DNA of 64,000 nt. Source: Acidobacteriota bacterium. GTDB lineage: Bacteria > Acidobacteriota > UBA890 > WLXD01. The position numbers and the translations under genes are program-made. Positions 9,536-20,610 of this stretch are shown piece by piece; the first letter of the stretch is position 1; each line of letters starts with the position of its first letter. Location: assembly GCA_965205505.1 (NCBI GenBank), contig CBDBHB010000009.1, positions 576,001 through 640,000 of the forward strand. Direction: 5' to 3'. A model generated the notes under the pieces. That model saw nothing but the letters and a program-made list of their open reading frames with translations, was not told where the DNA came from and ran no database searches.

Positions 9536-10639
9536 ATGAAGATGCGCGCCGCGCTGCTGCAAGAGTTCGGTAAGCCGCTGGAGATCCACGACGTCGACCT
9601 CGCCCCGCCAAAGGCTGGCGAGGCGCTGGTCAAGGTGCACGCCTGCGGCGTCTGCCACACCGACATGTACACCTGGAGCGGTGCCGACCCGAGCGGGTTT
9701 GTACCCACGGTGCTCGGTCACGAGGGCGCCGGGGTGGTCGAAGAAGTCGGTGAGGGGGTCACGTCGCTGAAGCGCGGCGATCACGTTGTGTGCCTGTTTT
9801 CGCCCGAGTGCGGTGAGTGCAGTCACTGCACCAGCGGCAAGACCAACATCTGCATGGCCATCCGCGACACGCAGGGGCAGGGTTACCTGCCCGATGGAAC
9901 GCCGCGTCTTTCTGTCGACGGCACGCCGATCCGGCATTTCATGGGCACGAGCACGTTCGCCGAGTACACGGTCATGCCCGAGATCGCCCTGGCGAAGGTC
10001 AATCCCGATGCGGCGCTCGACAAGATTTGCACGCTCGCCTGCGGTGCAACCACAGGTCTTGCGGCGGCGCTGTACAAGGCGGAGGTGGAGCCGGGATCGA
10101 CCTGCGCCGTCTTCGGCTGTGGCCTCGTCGGGCTAGGCGCCGTCGCGGGCTGCCAGCTGGCCGACGCTGGGCGCATCATTGCCGTGGACATGTCCGAGGA
10201 CCGGTTGGCATCGGCGCGCCACTATGGCGCCACCGATACGATGGTCGGCGGTCCCGAGACCGTCGACAAGATCGTCGAGATAACCGGGGGCATGGGCGCT
10301 GACTACACCTTCGAGGCCACCGGAAACGTCGGCGTGATGGCGCAGGCAGTCGAGGCGGCACGCATGGGTTGGGGTCTGTGCACGGTGCTGGGAGTGGCCG
10401 GCAAGGGCGAGACTCTGGATATCATTCCGCGGTTCCTCATCACTGGCCGTCGGGTGCAGGGCGGCAGCTTCGGAGGCGCCAAAGGGCGCACCCACGTGCC
10501 GAAGTTCGTCGACATGTACATGGAGGGAAAGCTCGACCTCGACGGCCTGGTGTCGCACCACCTGACGCTCGACGAGGTCATGAAGGGCTTCGACCTCATG
10601 GAGGAGCAGGACGGGATCCGCTCGGTCATCACGTTCTGA
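9536..10639 (+). CDS. frmA: Class III Zn-dependent alcohol dehydrogenase / S-(hydroxymethyl)thiol (formaldehyde) dehydrogenase, FrmA-like
   Basis: GVCHTD..SGADP.GF.P.VLGHEGAG, structural Zn site CGECSHC..C, HFMGTSTFAEYTV; AGGAGG RBS. Confidence 0.75.
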   Translation: MKMRAALLQEFGKPLEIHDVDLAPPKAGEALVKVHACGVCHTDMYTWSGADPSGFVPTVLGHEGAGVVEEVGEGVTSLKRGDHVVCLFSPECGECSHCTSGKTNICMAIRDTQGQGYLPDGTPRLSVDGTPIRHFMGTSTFAEYTVMPEIALAKVNPDAALDKICTLACGATTGLAAALYKAEVEPGSTCAVFGCGLVGLGAVAGCQLADAGRIIAVDMSEDRLASARHYGATDTMVGGPETVDKIVEITGGMGADYTFEATGNVGVMAQAVEAARMGWGLCTVLGVAGKGETLDIIPRFLITGRRVQGGSFGGAKGRTHVPKFVDMYMEGKLDLDGLVSHHLTLDEVMKGFDLMEEQDGIRSVITF

Positions 10640-10695
10640 GCGCGGCGCCCAGACTGCGGACGCCGCCAGCGCAAGCAACCCGGTAGAGGAGAGAA

Positions 10696-11439
10696 ATGAT
10701 CATCCAGCGCAGCATGAGCGACGGCTACCTCTCGAACAGCTTCGTCGTTGCGGACAAGCCTGGTGGGCACGGGGTTCTCATTGACTCTGGTGGTCCGGTG
10801 GAACCGATTCTCGCGGCCATCGAAGACAACGACGTGACCATCACCCACCTACTGCTTACCCACCACCACGTCGATCACGTGATCAACAACTCGGTGTACG
10901 TCGACCGCTTCGGCGTCGACATCTGGGGTCATCCGACGGAGCGTGAGTTCTGCGCTGACATCCAACACGATCTCAACGATGGCGACGAGATCGTCTCCGG
11001 TGACCTGCGAATACGCGCCCTGCTGACGCCCGGACATACGGTCGGCATGTTGGCACTAGTGGTCAACGACGAACTCGTCTTCACTGGTGACACCCTGTTC
11101 GAAGGAACGATCGGTGGCACGCTGGCTCCGGGTCACGCGACCTACGCCGACATCAAGCACTCCATCATGGAGGTGCTGATGAAGCTGCCGCCGGAGACTC
11201 GCGTATGTCCCGGGCATACCAACGACACCACGATCGGTGCGGAGTGGGAGAACAACGCGTTCATTCGCATCTGGCGTGGCCTGGACCCGGAGGGCTCGAC
11301 CCCCTGCACCGCGTTCGACAAGCCGGCCACGCTGGTGTTGCGCGCCCTCGACTACGACGGCGGCACGAAGTGTTGGGTGCGCTTCGACGAAGGCGACCAC
11401 GACGAGATCGTTCCCGGCTCGAAGGTGGTCGGCGACTGA
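10696..11439 (+). CDS. MBL-fold metallohydrolase (glyoxalase II-like)
   Basis: THHHVDH, TPGHT, FTGDTLF, PGH motifs. Confidence 0.9.
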   Translation: MIIQRSMSDGYLSNSFVVADKPGGHGVLIDSGGPVEPILAAIEDNDVTITHLLLTHHHVDHVINNSVYVDRFGVDIWGHPTEREFCADIQHDLNDGDEIVSGDLRIRALLTPGHTVGMLALVVNDELVFTGDTLFEGTIGGTLAPGHATYADIKHSIMEVLMKLPPETRVCPGHTNDTTIGAEWENNAFIRIWRGLDPEGSTPCTAFDKPATLVLRALDYDGGTKCWVRFDEGDHDEIVPGSKVVGD

Positions 11440-11452
11440 CGAACTACCTCCC

Positions 11453-12682
11453 ATGACCACCACGGCGGAGGTCAAGCAGCTCGTCGCCGAATATCCGGCC
11501 GACGCGCAGCGTGTCGTGTTCTTGTCGTCGCAGTTGTTTGCCAGCGACGAAGGCCTGGACGAGGTCGCCCGCGAGATGGTGGCTCTCGCCAATCGGGCCG
11601 GCGGACGGATCGTCGTCGGCGTGGATCGCGCGGGAGTATTCGAGACCACGCTAGCGGTCGATTTCACCACCATGACCACCGCGGTGACGGAGGTCGGCCG
11701 AGTCCGCGTCGTGCCATCGATCGCCGCCAACGTGGAGCTTCTTGTCGGAGGGGAGGGTGACCTGCTGGTCGTGAAGGTGCCGCGCCGGCCGGGCAACCCG
11801 CATGCCTGCGCCCGGGTCGGGGCGCGTGGCAACGTCGGTAGCCGGGCGTACTACGTTCGTCAGGGTAATCGCACGCGTCGGGTCACCGATGCGCAGCTTG
11901 CCTGGATGTATCGTGTGGTCACCGACCCGGCGATTCGCGAGACCATGCAGCTGACGGTGCAGACGCGGCCCATGGTCCTGGAGATCAACCGGGCGATCCC
12001 GCAGCCTCGGGCCACCGATTTGTTCGCGCGTCTGCTACGAGGTTTGGACGAAGCCTCGGCACAGGTGCTGAGCTCCGACGCAGATGTGCGGTTGGGCGCG
12101 CTCGTCGAACTGGCGCCGTGGGCGTTCTTGGCCGAGATCGACACCATGCTCGGCGAACCTGAGGTCGACCTCGAGGTCGAGGAGTTTTCGATCGACGATC
12201 TGCCGGTGCCCGGGCATTCCTCGAGGTTCATCGATGCTCCGGGAGGACTACGTGGAGTGCTCGGTGGTAGGACCGGCGGCAGGTTGTCACGCCTCCTACG
12301 CCGCCCCAAGTCCGCGACCCTCCTGCTACCTGCCGGCGCGGACGTACTAGTCGACCGCCTGGCTCGGCAGGGAAAAACGCGTGTGATGATCAACCATAGT
12401 TCGTTCACCATCACGTTCTCCGCCCTGCCTGGTGGTGCCGGCGCGGGGCTCGGCTGGCCCGAGTTCGAGGGGGCGCGCTCCAGCCAGACCGTCTGGTCCC
12501 GCCTGCGCCTGGTGTTCAACTGCTCGCTGCCGTTTCCCGACCAGGACACAGGTGCGGACCGTGCTGCGGAGCAATTCCTGGAAGCGCTGGTGGAGCGTTT
12601 GCGAACGCGCTGGGACGGTACCCGTTGGCTGCAGTCGATCTCGCCCGCTTTCCTGTCCGACTTCGCCGGCGAAGTGGGCTGA
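11453..12682 (+). CDS. Schlafen/AlbA_2-domain protein with an unknown C-terminal domain
   Basis: EVAREMVALANRAGGRIVVGVD and YYVRQGNRTRR match the AlbA_2 core. Confidence 0.65.
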   Translation: MTTTAEVKQLVAEYPADAQRVVFLSSQLFASDEGLDEVAREMVALANRAGGRIVVGVDRAGVFETTLAVDFTTMTTAVTEVGRVRVVPSIAANVELLVGGEGDLLVVKVPRRPGNPHACARVGARGNVGSRAYYVRQGNRTRRVTDAQLAWMYRVVTDPAIRETMQLTVQTRPMVLEINRAIPQPRATDLFARLLRGLDEASAQVLSSDADVRLGALVELAPWAFLAEIDTMLGEPEVDLEVEEFSIDDLPVPGHSSRFIDAPGGLRGVLGGRTGGRLSRLLRRPKSATLLLPAGADVLVDRLARQGKTRVMINHSSFTITFSALPGGAGAGLGWPEFEGARSSQTVWSRLRLVFNCSLPFPDQDTGADRAAEQFLEALVERLRTRWDGTRWLQSISPAFLSDFAGEVG

Positions 12683-12712
12683 TCTCGTGGTCGGTCAGTG
12701 GGCGGCCGACCG

Positions 12713-13354
12713 TTAACGGAGGAGTCGACTCAGAACCGGTTCCAAAACGGCCCAGACATTGTCCGCGACGATGCGGTGTCCCTCGGCGTTCGGGTGGATC
12801 CCGTCGGTGCGATTGTATTCAGGCTGACCGCCCACACCGTCGAGCAGAAACGGGATGAGCTCTGTAGCGTTGGCGGCCGCGAGTGCCGGGAACATCTGGC
12901 GAAACTCGTTGCCATAGCGTTGGCCCAAGTTGGTGGGGACCATCATGCCAGCGACGACGATCTCGATGTTCGGGTGGGCTTGGCGAGCCTTGTCGATAAT
13001 TGCCTGGAGATTGGCTCGGGTGCTCTCGACCGGGGTGCCGCGCAGCCCGTCGTTGGCGCCGAGCTCGAGCACGAGCACACGGACAGGGCTACGCAGCAGC
13101 CAATCAACAGCTCGCAAGCCGCCGGCGCTGGTCTCGCCGGGTACTCCAGCGCTGACCACGCGGAATGGCCAGCCACGTTCGTCGACACGTTCTTGGATCA
13201 GCGCCGGAAACGCCTCCTGCGGACTAAGCCCCATTCCCGCCGTCAGGCTGTCGCCGAGGAACAGGACGGTGTTCTCCTGCAACGCCGTGCCGTCGTAGGC
13301 CCACAGCAGGATCGCCAGTGCAGCGGCGAGACCAACGAAACGCTTGGGCGACAC
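12713..13354 (-). CDS. tesA: Arylesterase / acyl-CoA thioesterase I (SGNH)
   Basis: LGDSLTAG, LELGANDGLRG, DGIHPN; divergent from the ybbA-like gene as in E. coli. Confidence 0.88.
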   Translation of the reverse strand: MSPKRFVGLAAALAILLWAYDGTALQENTVLFLGDSLTAGMGLSPQEAFPALIQERVDERGWPFRVVSAGVPGETSAGGLRAVDWLLRSPVRVLVLELGANDGLRGTPVESTRANLQAIIDKARQAHPNIEIVVAGMMVPTNLGQRYGNEFRQMFPALAAANATELIPFLLDGVGGQPEYNRTDGIHPNAEGHRIVADNVWAVLEPVLSRLLR

Positions 13355-13522
13355 GGCGCGACTCTCCAGCGGTGCAGGTACTGACGCTGTCCATTGTAGA
13401 TACTAGGCCACTATCGCCCTCCTCGCCGCGCCTTGATCTCACCCGCAAATCCCATCTGCGATATGCAACGATCATCTGTTACAAGCCACTAGAGATCCGC
13501 TCTCGCCGCCCCGGTACTGGTC

Positions 13523-14233
13523 ATGCCCGCAGCCCCGATACTGGAAGCTCGTCGCCTTACCAAGACTTTCACCGCATCCCACGGCAAGCTCACCGTGCTG
13601 CGCGACGTCGACTTCGCCATCGCTGCCGGGTCGACGTGTGCCGTAGTCGGGCCGTCGGGAAGCGGCAAGACGACGTTGCTGGGGCTATGCGCCGGACTCG
13701 ATCGTCCGACCTCCGGGGAGGTGTTGGTTGACGGTGAGCCGTTGAGCGGGTTCGACGAGGACGAGTTGTCGGCCCTGCGCAACCGCAAGGTCGGTTTTGT
13801 GTTCCAGAACTTCCAGCTGTTGGACACCCTGACAGCGCTCGAAAACGTCATGGTGCCGCTGGAGTTGCGCGGCGACGCCAATGCCGCGTCGCGTGCCAGA
13901 GAGCTTCTGGACCAGGTCGGGCTCGATGACCGGCTCGATCACTACCCCGTCCAGCTTTCAGGCGGTGAGCAGCAGTGCGTGTCGCTGGCGCGCGCCTTCA
14001 TGAACGAGCCGTCGCTGCTGTTCGCCGACGAGCCCACCGGGAACCTCGACGGCGAGACCGGCAATCGCGTGCAGGATCTGCTCTTCGACTTGAACGCCGC
14101 GCGCGGCACCGCGCTGATCGTAGTGACCCACGACGAGGAGCTGGCGCGACGTACCGAGCGCATCATTCGATTGCGCAACGGGGCGGTCGTTGCCGATGAA
14201 AAGACCGCGACTGCCGGAGCATCGGTAGCGTGA
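13523..14233 (+). CDS. ybbA: ABC transporter ATP-binding protein YbbA-like
   Basis: GPSGSGKTT, LSGGEQQ, LFADEPTGNLD. Confidence 0.85.
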   Translation: MPAAPILEARRLTKTFTASHGKLTVLRDVDFAIAAGSTCAVVGPSGSGKTTLLGLCAGLDRPTSGEVLVDGEPLSGFDEDELSALRNRKVGFVFQNFQLLDTLTALENVMVPLELRGDANAASRARELLDQVGLDDRLDHYPVQLSGGEQQCVSLARAFMNEPSLLFADEPTGNLDGETGNRVQDLLFDLNAARGTALIVVTHDEELARRTERIIRLRNGAVVADEKTATAGASVA

Positions 14234-16772
14234 CACGACGCACGCGATGGATCGCACGCCTGGCATGGCGCGATGCGCGGGCGACACCTCAGCGGTTGTT
14301 GCTGTTCGTGCTGACGATCGTCACCGGTGTCGCCTCCCTGGTGGCCGTGCGGTCGTTTGCCGACAACCTCGCCAGCTCCGTCGACGACGAGGCCAAGGTG
14401 CTACTCGGGGCTGATTTGGAGCTGTACGGCCGCGACCCATTCGGGCTCGAGGCGGAAGCGCTCGTAGCCAGAATTGGTGGCGATCAGGCGCGCCAGGTAG
14501 CACTCGCATCAATGGCTTACTTTCCAGGAAGCGGTGCCTCTCGGCTGGTTCGGGTCCGCGCTGTCGATAGTGGCTATCCTTTCTATGGCGCGCTCGAGAC
14601 GGAGCCGGCGGCGGCGGCACGCGACTTCCGCTCCGATCAGTCTGCGTTGGTCGATCACACACTCATGCTGCAGTTCGGCGTTGAAGTTGGCGATCCGATC
14701 CGCATCGGCGAGGTGACGTTCCGCGTGGCGGGGCGGCTCCTGCGGATCCCTGGTGAGGTGCCGACTGCCTCGCTGGTGGGCCCGCGGGTCTTCATCCCGC
14801 GACGATTTCTCGAAGAGACGCAACTCGTTCGCGGCGGTAGCCGCGCCACTTACAGCACCTTCTTCCGGCTCGATCGGACTACCGGCCAGGTCGCCGCCCT
14901 GGTCGGCGAGATCGGGCCGGAGCTTCGCGAGTTGCGGCTCGAGGTGGAGTCGGTACAGTACCGACGCGAGGCCATCGGCGAGGCGCTGGACAATCTCTAC
15001 TCCTTTCTTTACCTGGCCGGCTTCGCGGCGTTGCTGCTCGGGGGCATCGGAGTGGCCAGCGCAATCCATCTGCACGTCAAGAGCAAGGTGCGTGCGGTCG
15101 CCGTGCTGCGCTGTTTGGGGGCTCCTTCGGGCGGACCGTTGGCGGTGTTCGTGTTGCAGGCGGCGGGCTGGGGCTCGTCGGCGCCTTCGGCGGCACCGCT
15201 GCCGGGGTCGGTCTGCAGGCGCTGCTGCCGCGTGTGCTGGCGTCGCTTCTTCCGGTGCCGGTGCAATTTCGGCTGCACGTCGCGGCGCTCGCCGAGGGTC
15301 TCGTTGTCGGCGTTGTCGTGGCAATGTTGTTTGCGGCACTGCCGCTGCTCACCCTGCGGCGCGTGAGCCCGTTACTGGCGCTGAGGTTGTTTGCAGTCGA
15401 TGGTCCGAAGCCGGCTCGCGATCCAGCGCAATGGATCGGCGCGGCTGCCGTTGCCGCAGGTGTCTGCGCGGTGGCCGTGTCGCAAACTGGCAGCTGGCGC
15501 ATCGGGTTGGCTATCAGCAGGTCGTTGGCCGGCGTGCTCATGGCGCTGGCCCTCGTGGCGGCTCTCCTCAAGCTCGCAGCGCGACGCGTCCTACCGGTCT
15601 CGTGGCCTTATCCGTGGCGGCAGGGCGTAGCCAACATGTATCGCCCCAACAACCAGACCGTTGTGGTGATGCTGACGTTGGGGTTCGGAGTCTTCCTTGT
15701 CGCTACGCTCCACCTCACCCAGGTTGCGCTGTTGGAGTCGGTGGCGAGGCTCGACATGGGCGCAAATCCCAATTTGGTGCTGTTCGACATCCAGCCCGAT
15801 CAGATTGATGGTGTACGCAGCATTCTCGCCGACGAGGGACTCGAGGTGATTCAGGAAACGCCGGTGGTCCCGATGCGCCTGGCGTCGGTCAAAGGGCGCC
15901 CGGTCGCCGAGATCGACGAGTCAGAGATCAGGGCCTGGGTCTTGCGGCGCGAGTACAACTCGACCTACCGGTCAGAGATCACAACAACGGAAGAGATCGT
16001 CGCCGGTGAGTGGGTCGCGAGCGCGCCGCCGGAGCTGGGGATTGACGGCGGCCCAGTGCCGGTTTCGTTGGAAGAAGGAATTGCGGAGCGACTGAAGATC
16101 GAGGTTGGCGACCTCCTCGAGTTCGACGTTCAGGGGGTTGCAGTGATGGCGCGGGTAACTAGCCTGCGCATGGTGGATTGGGAACAGGTGAGGCCGAACT
16201 TCCTCGTGGTGTTTCCGACCGGCGTGCTGGAGCCGGCGCCGCAGCAGATCGTCGTGGTTTCACGGGCCTCGGGGCCGGAACAATCTGCGGCTGTCCAGCG
16301 TCGCATCGTGGAGCAGTACACGAACGTGGCGTTGATGGACCTCGGATTGATCCTGGCGACGATCGACGCGGTGCTAGCGCAGGTGAGCCTGGCGTTGCGC
16401 TTCATGGCGGGCCTCAGCGTCCTCAGCGGGCTGGTCGTACTCGTCGTGGCGGTGCTTTCGAGCCGCTACCAGCGACTGAGGGAGAGTGTGCTGTTGCGCA
16501 CGCTGGGTGCGTCACGATCGCAGATCTTGCGGATCCTCACCGTTGAGTACGTCACCCTGGGGCTGCTGGCCGCGCTGACCGGTCTAGTCCTGGCCCTGGG
16601 AGGAACGTGGGCGCTGTCGCGCTGGCTGTTCGAGGTGCCGTTCGAGCCCATTGTCCTGCCATTGCTCGTTCTTCTGGTCGTCGTGGTGTCTCTTACGCTG
16701 GGCGTCGGTCTGCTGGGCAGCCGAGGTGCCACGCGGCGGCCTCCGCTCGAGGTCCTGCGTGCGGAGCTCTGA
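14230..16772 (+). pseudogene. ybbP: YbbP-like FtsX-family ABC permease split by a 1-bp deletion near 15166
   Basis: ORFs 14230-15366 and 15234-16772 join as QAAG|LGLVGAFGG if one G is restored in GCGGGCTG; homopolymer context. Confidence 0.8.
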
Positions 16773-16860
16773 GGGCGGGGTTTACGCCTGCCGCCGGAGG
16801 GCGCCACGCGTGGGTCAATCCGTCGTTTCTCGACATCCGCCCGCCACCGCAACTCGACGC

Positions 16861-17616
16861 CTACTCGAGCGTGTAGCCCGGATCGCTATACAACGGTTCG
16901 GGAAGCTCGTCGTAGACGTGGATGTCCCAGTCCTCGCCCCTGCCGCGGCCGGTCGAGAGCAGGATGCTGCCAAAGCTCGTCCAGCTCTCCCACGGCAGCG
17001 TGAAGCCTGGCTCGGTCTGATCACGACTGGCGAAGTAGCTCCATTGTTCTACCAACCCCGAGTCTCGGGCGACGTAGACCAGATATCTGTTGTCTGGCGT
17101 CACGCCGACGCTCTCGAAGGTCATCTCGAGAACATCCGCCTCGCGGTCGTCGGCCATTATGTCTTCGCCAACATGACGAAGGTTCACGCCGGGATCCAGC
17201 AGCTTGTAGGGCATGAACATCCAGTAGGAGTCGTTTACCCAGGACCGCCAACCACGCTCGAGACCCTCCTGCTGCGGGGTACCGATGAGCTCCTCTCCGC
17301 CCGTCCAGACACGGCCGCTGCGGCTATTGAGGTTCATCAGGATGAGCATTTCGGGTCCGCGGTCGCTGGCCGGGATCTCGATGCGAATATCGCCCGTGTG
17401 CTTGTCCCAGTAGTGTTGGCGGCCGCCGAAGAACTTCCAGGCAACGTGCCGCGTACTATTCCAGGCGTCCCGACCACCCATGGCATCCATGACGGCTTCG
17501 GCGATTGCCCGAGCCTCTGGGTCGATCTGCATGGGAACGGCACCGCCATCGTCAGCCGCAACCGGTGTGGCGATGAGCAGCAGCAGCGCTGCAGTACTGA
17601 CAAAGCGCTTCGTCAT
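16861..17616 (-). CDS. Exported hypothetical protein (DUF6503-like)
   Basis: Signal peptide; AMGG..AW, WVNDSYW..MPYKL.DPGV, GVTP..RY motifs; GGAGG RBS. Confidence 0.7.
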   Translation of the reverse strand: MTKRFVSTAALLLLIATPVAADDGGAVPMQIDPEARAIAEAVMDAMGGRDAWNSTRHVAWKFFGGRQHYWDKHTGDIRIEIPASDRGPEMLILMNLNSRSGRVWTGGEELIGTPQQEGLERGWRSWVNDSYWMFMPYKLLDPGVNLRHVGEDIMADDREADVLEMTFESVGVTPDNRYLVYVARDSGLVEQWSYFASRDQTEPGFTLPWESWTSFGSILLSTGRGRGEDWDIHVYDELPEPLYSDPGYTLE

Positions 17617-17656
17617 GGCGAGCCTCCGGGGTTCAGCTCTGATTGAGGGGGGGTCC

Positions 17657-18901
17657 TTATTCGCCTAGCCTTAATTGGTCGAATTCTCCTTCGAGGGCTT
17701 CCCTGACGAGAGGGAGCATCTCTTCCGCGATTAGGGTATGTCCGACCCAGTTCGGATGGCACCCGTCGTTGGTGACATAGTACTGGGGTTGTCGTCGCAG
17801 CACGTTGCGACCGTAGATCGAGCGGTAGTGATCGACTTTCTCAGGGTGAAGCGTACCGTTGATCAATGCATTGCGACGTTCCTTGAACAACGGACCGACG
17901 TTGAGGATCGGGCTCTTGGTCCACTTCGATACCATGTTGATGGTGGCGACGTAGACATCGAATCTGGTGCACACCGAAATGAGGACGGTCTTCACCCCTG
18001 CCGCTTGGGCGGTCAGCACGGTATCGATCAGGTTCCGTCGGTAGTCGTCGACCGGTACAGCCCGTACCGTTTGCGGTTCCCCGATCGGCTCATCAGGATC
18101 CACTGCCAGCGGGTTTCTGAGGGTGACGACAAGCCGTCGCAACAGACGATAGGTGCGGAGGTTGAGCATCTCGAACCGCAGGGCGCCCATCCACGTATCG
18201 TCGACAGCGAGCAGCTCGTCCGTGGCAACGGGGACCACGCGAGGATCGTTGGAACCATAGCTGATGACCAGCAGGTCGGGTTCGAGCGGCAGCGCATAAT
18301 GCCGCACCATACCCAGGCCGTGACGGCTATTCTGGCCGGGGATCCCCAGGTTGATGATCTCGTACCGACCCGGTAGCTGCTCGTTGAGCTTAGCCTCCAG
18401 GATGTGCTGGAAGGTTTGCTCCGGCTCGACACCCCAACCGAAGGTGCTGGAGTCGCCGATCGTCACGATGCGAGTCACCTCGGGGCTCTTCTCCCCGATC
18501 TGGTCGCCCCGGAACCCGTAGCTGTTCGAGTGCAGACGAAAGGTGACGTTCTTCTTGACCTCGATCTCGTTGAATGGATTCACCACCCGCGTGTCGACGT
18601 TTGGCTTCATGCGGTACTGGATCCAGCGCGCCTCCTCGAAGTGATACATCCCCGCGAGGACCTCTGCCGCCACCGGCTTGCTGGCGTCGGCGAGCACTGC
18701 GGCCTGTTGCTCCATCACCCAGGCCTCGTCCGCCAACAACCAAACGGGAACGGCAATCTGGGCGTTCTCGTTGCGCGCCAGGTCGGTCTCGATGTCGAAT
18801 GCCCAGATCGTCAACTCGGCGATGACGACGAACAACAGCGGTGACGCAACCAGCAGCAGCAGGCGCTCACACCAGACAGGGCCTCGACGATCGGTCGACA
18901 A
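17657..18901 (-). CDS. Membrane-anchored SGNH/GDSL hydrolase (paralogue A)
   Basis: IGDSSTFG, NLGIPG, YGSND, DGCHP; N-terminal TM segment. Confidence 0.85.
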   Translation of the reverse strand: MSTDRRGPVWCERLLLLVASPLLFVVIAELTIWAFDIETDLARNENAQIAVPVWLLADEAWVMEQQAAVLADASKPVAAEVLAGMYHFEEARWIQYRMKPNVDTRVVNPFNEIEVKKNVTFRLHSNSYGFRGDQIGEKSPEVTRIVTIGDSSTFGWGVEPEQTFQHILEAKLNEQLPGRYEIINLGIPGQNSRHGLGMVRHYALPLEPDLLVISYGSNDPRVVPVATDELLAVDDTWMGALRFEMLNLRTYRLLRRLVVTLRNPLAVDPDEPIGEPQTVRAVPVDDYRRNLIDTVLTAQAAGVKTVLISVCTRFDVYVATINMVSKWTKSPILNVGPLFKERRNALINGTLHPEKVDHYRSIYGRNVLRRQPQYYVTNDGCHPNWVGHTLIAEEMLPLVREALEGEFDQLRLGE

Positions 18902-19123
18902 AGTTCGGTGTTCCGGGTCGCAAGGTGTTGATACTCGTAGCCAGCGTCCGTGCGCAGGAATCAGAGCTCAACACGGGAGCTGGACAGGGGTTCGAGTTTG
19001 CCACATGCTCGCGGCCGTCGCCGTTCGGCGTGGCGCTTGCGCGCCAGACGCTTCGGCTACACTGAGGCGTCCCAGTCGCCGGCGATCCCCTCCGGGCTTC
19101 TCGAGCGAGTGACATCCTCCGCC

Positions 19124-20548
19124 ATGTCCCAGCGCGAACCGACATTGTTCCAGATGTCGGCGCCACTCGTTGTTTCGTTCGTCATGCGAGCGGCGTTCAC
19201 CTTCGTCGACACGATCTACGCTGCCACCATAGGTGACTCGGCGGTCGCCGCGATCGGCCTGACGGTCCCGTTCGAGTTCCTCATGATCGCCATCTGGGTG
19301 GGCATGTCCACGGGACTCACGGCGGCGCTATCGAAAAGCATGGCAGCCGGCGAGGGAGAAAAGATAGAGCAGTACTTGAGTGCCGCCTGGCGGATGGCAT
19401 TGATCGTGTCGCCGGTGTTCGTTGCCCTGGGTGCGTTCATCTGGTTCGTGGCGCCGCAATACGGCCTCTCGGACGAGGTCTTCGGGAGCTTTCGCATCTA
19501 CGCCGCCGTGATGCTGGGAGGGTCGGCGTTCACTGCCTTCTGGTCAGTCGTGCCCGACTCCGTCGTCAAGGCGCACCAGGACACGCGCTCCACGATGTGG
19601 GCGGGAATCGCCTCCAACGTCATCAACTTGTTGCTGAACACGATCTTCCTGTTCGTATTCCACTGGGGGATTTTCGGCATCGCGTTTTCCACCGTGCTGG
19701 GCCGTGTCGGTGGCCTGGTCTATGCGCTCAACAAGGCGAAGCAGCACGAGGATCGCCGTCGCGCTGCCGGTACCCACACCGTGCCCGGGAACGACCCGAC
19801 GCCGTATTGGAGACAGCTGTCGCTGGCGCTCCCGGCCGGGCTCACCTTCGTTCTCACCGCGGTGGAGATGGCGATCATCAACGGCATGCTGGCGGGCCTC
19901 GGAACCGCCACTGCGGCGATTGCGGCGTACTCGATCTATCACCGCGTGCTGTCGTTCGCCATGAACCCGCTGATCGCGATGTCGGTGGCGATGTTGCCTT
20001 TCGCTAGCCGGCTGGTGGGCAAGCAGGATTGGGACGGTCTACGCCAGGGAATCCGACAGTCGCTGCTTGCAACGGCGGCCTACTCAGTCGTCGTAGTCGG
20101 GCCGCTGATGGTGCTCCTCGGCCCCTGGCTTGCGAGCGCGCTGGCGGAGTCCGCCGAGACCGTCGACTACGCGCGTTTCGCCCTGTTTCTGGTGCCCGCC
20201 GCGTGTCTCCTGAGCACCCCGTTTTTCCTTATGCGCCCTGTCTTCGAGGCCATGGGGCGCGGTCAACCCGGATTGATCATGGCCGTGGTGCGAACCGGTA
20301 TCCTCACGGTGCCGCTGGCGATACTCGGCATCCGGGTGGCGTCGTGGCTCGGTTACCCACAAATCTACGGTATGTTGATCGGACTCCTCGTGGTCGCGCT
20401 GCTCTCGTCGATGGCTTTCGTCCTCTGGTTGCGCAGGGCTCTCCGCGATTTCATCGATAGCCATCTGCTCTTGGAGCCAGCGCCGGCGCAACCGGGCGCC
20501 TCGGTGCTCCTTCCGGACACGGGCCTACAGCCCGAACCGCCCGAGTAG
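19124..20548 (+). CDS. MATE family efflux transporter
   Basis: VDTIY...IGDSAVAAIG, N.LLN.IFLF.FHWGIFGIA.ST, about 12 TM segments. Confidence 0.88.
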   Translation: MSQREPTLFQMSAPLVVSFVMRAAFTFVDTIYAATIGDSAVAAIGLTVPFEFLMIAIWVGMSTGLTAALSKSMAAGEGEKIEQYLSAAWRMALIVSPVFVALGAFIWFVAPQYGLSDEVFGSFRIYAAVMLGGSAFTAFWSVVPDSVVKAHQDTRSTMWAGIASNVINLLLNTIFLFVFHWGIFGIAFSTVLGRVGGLVYALNKAKQHEDRRRAAGTHTVPGNDPTPYWRQLSLALPAGLTFVLTAVEMAIINGMLAGLGTATAAIAAYSIYHRVLSFAMNPLIAMSVAMLPFASRLVGKQDWDGLRQGIRQSLLATAAYSVVVVGPLMVLLGPWLASALAESAETVDYARFALFLVPAACLLSTPFFLMRPVFEAMGRGQPGLIMAVVRTGILTVPLAILGIRVASWLGYPQIYGMLIGLLVVALLSSMAFVLWLRRALRDFIDSHLLLEPAPAQPGASVLLPDTGLQPEPPE

Positions 20549-20610
20549 CAACGCCGTTCGCCGCAAGCCACCATCGGAGCACTCTCCGACGCAAGCAGTC
20601 AGACAACCTC

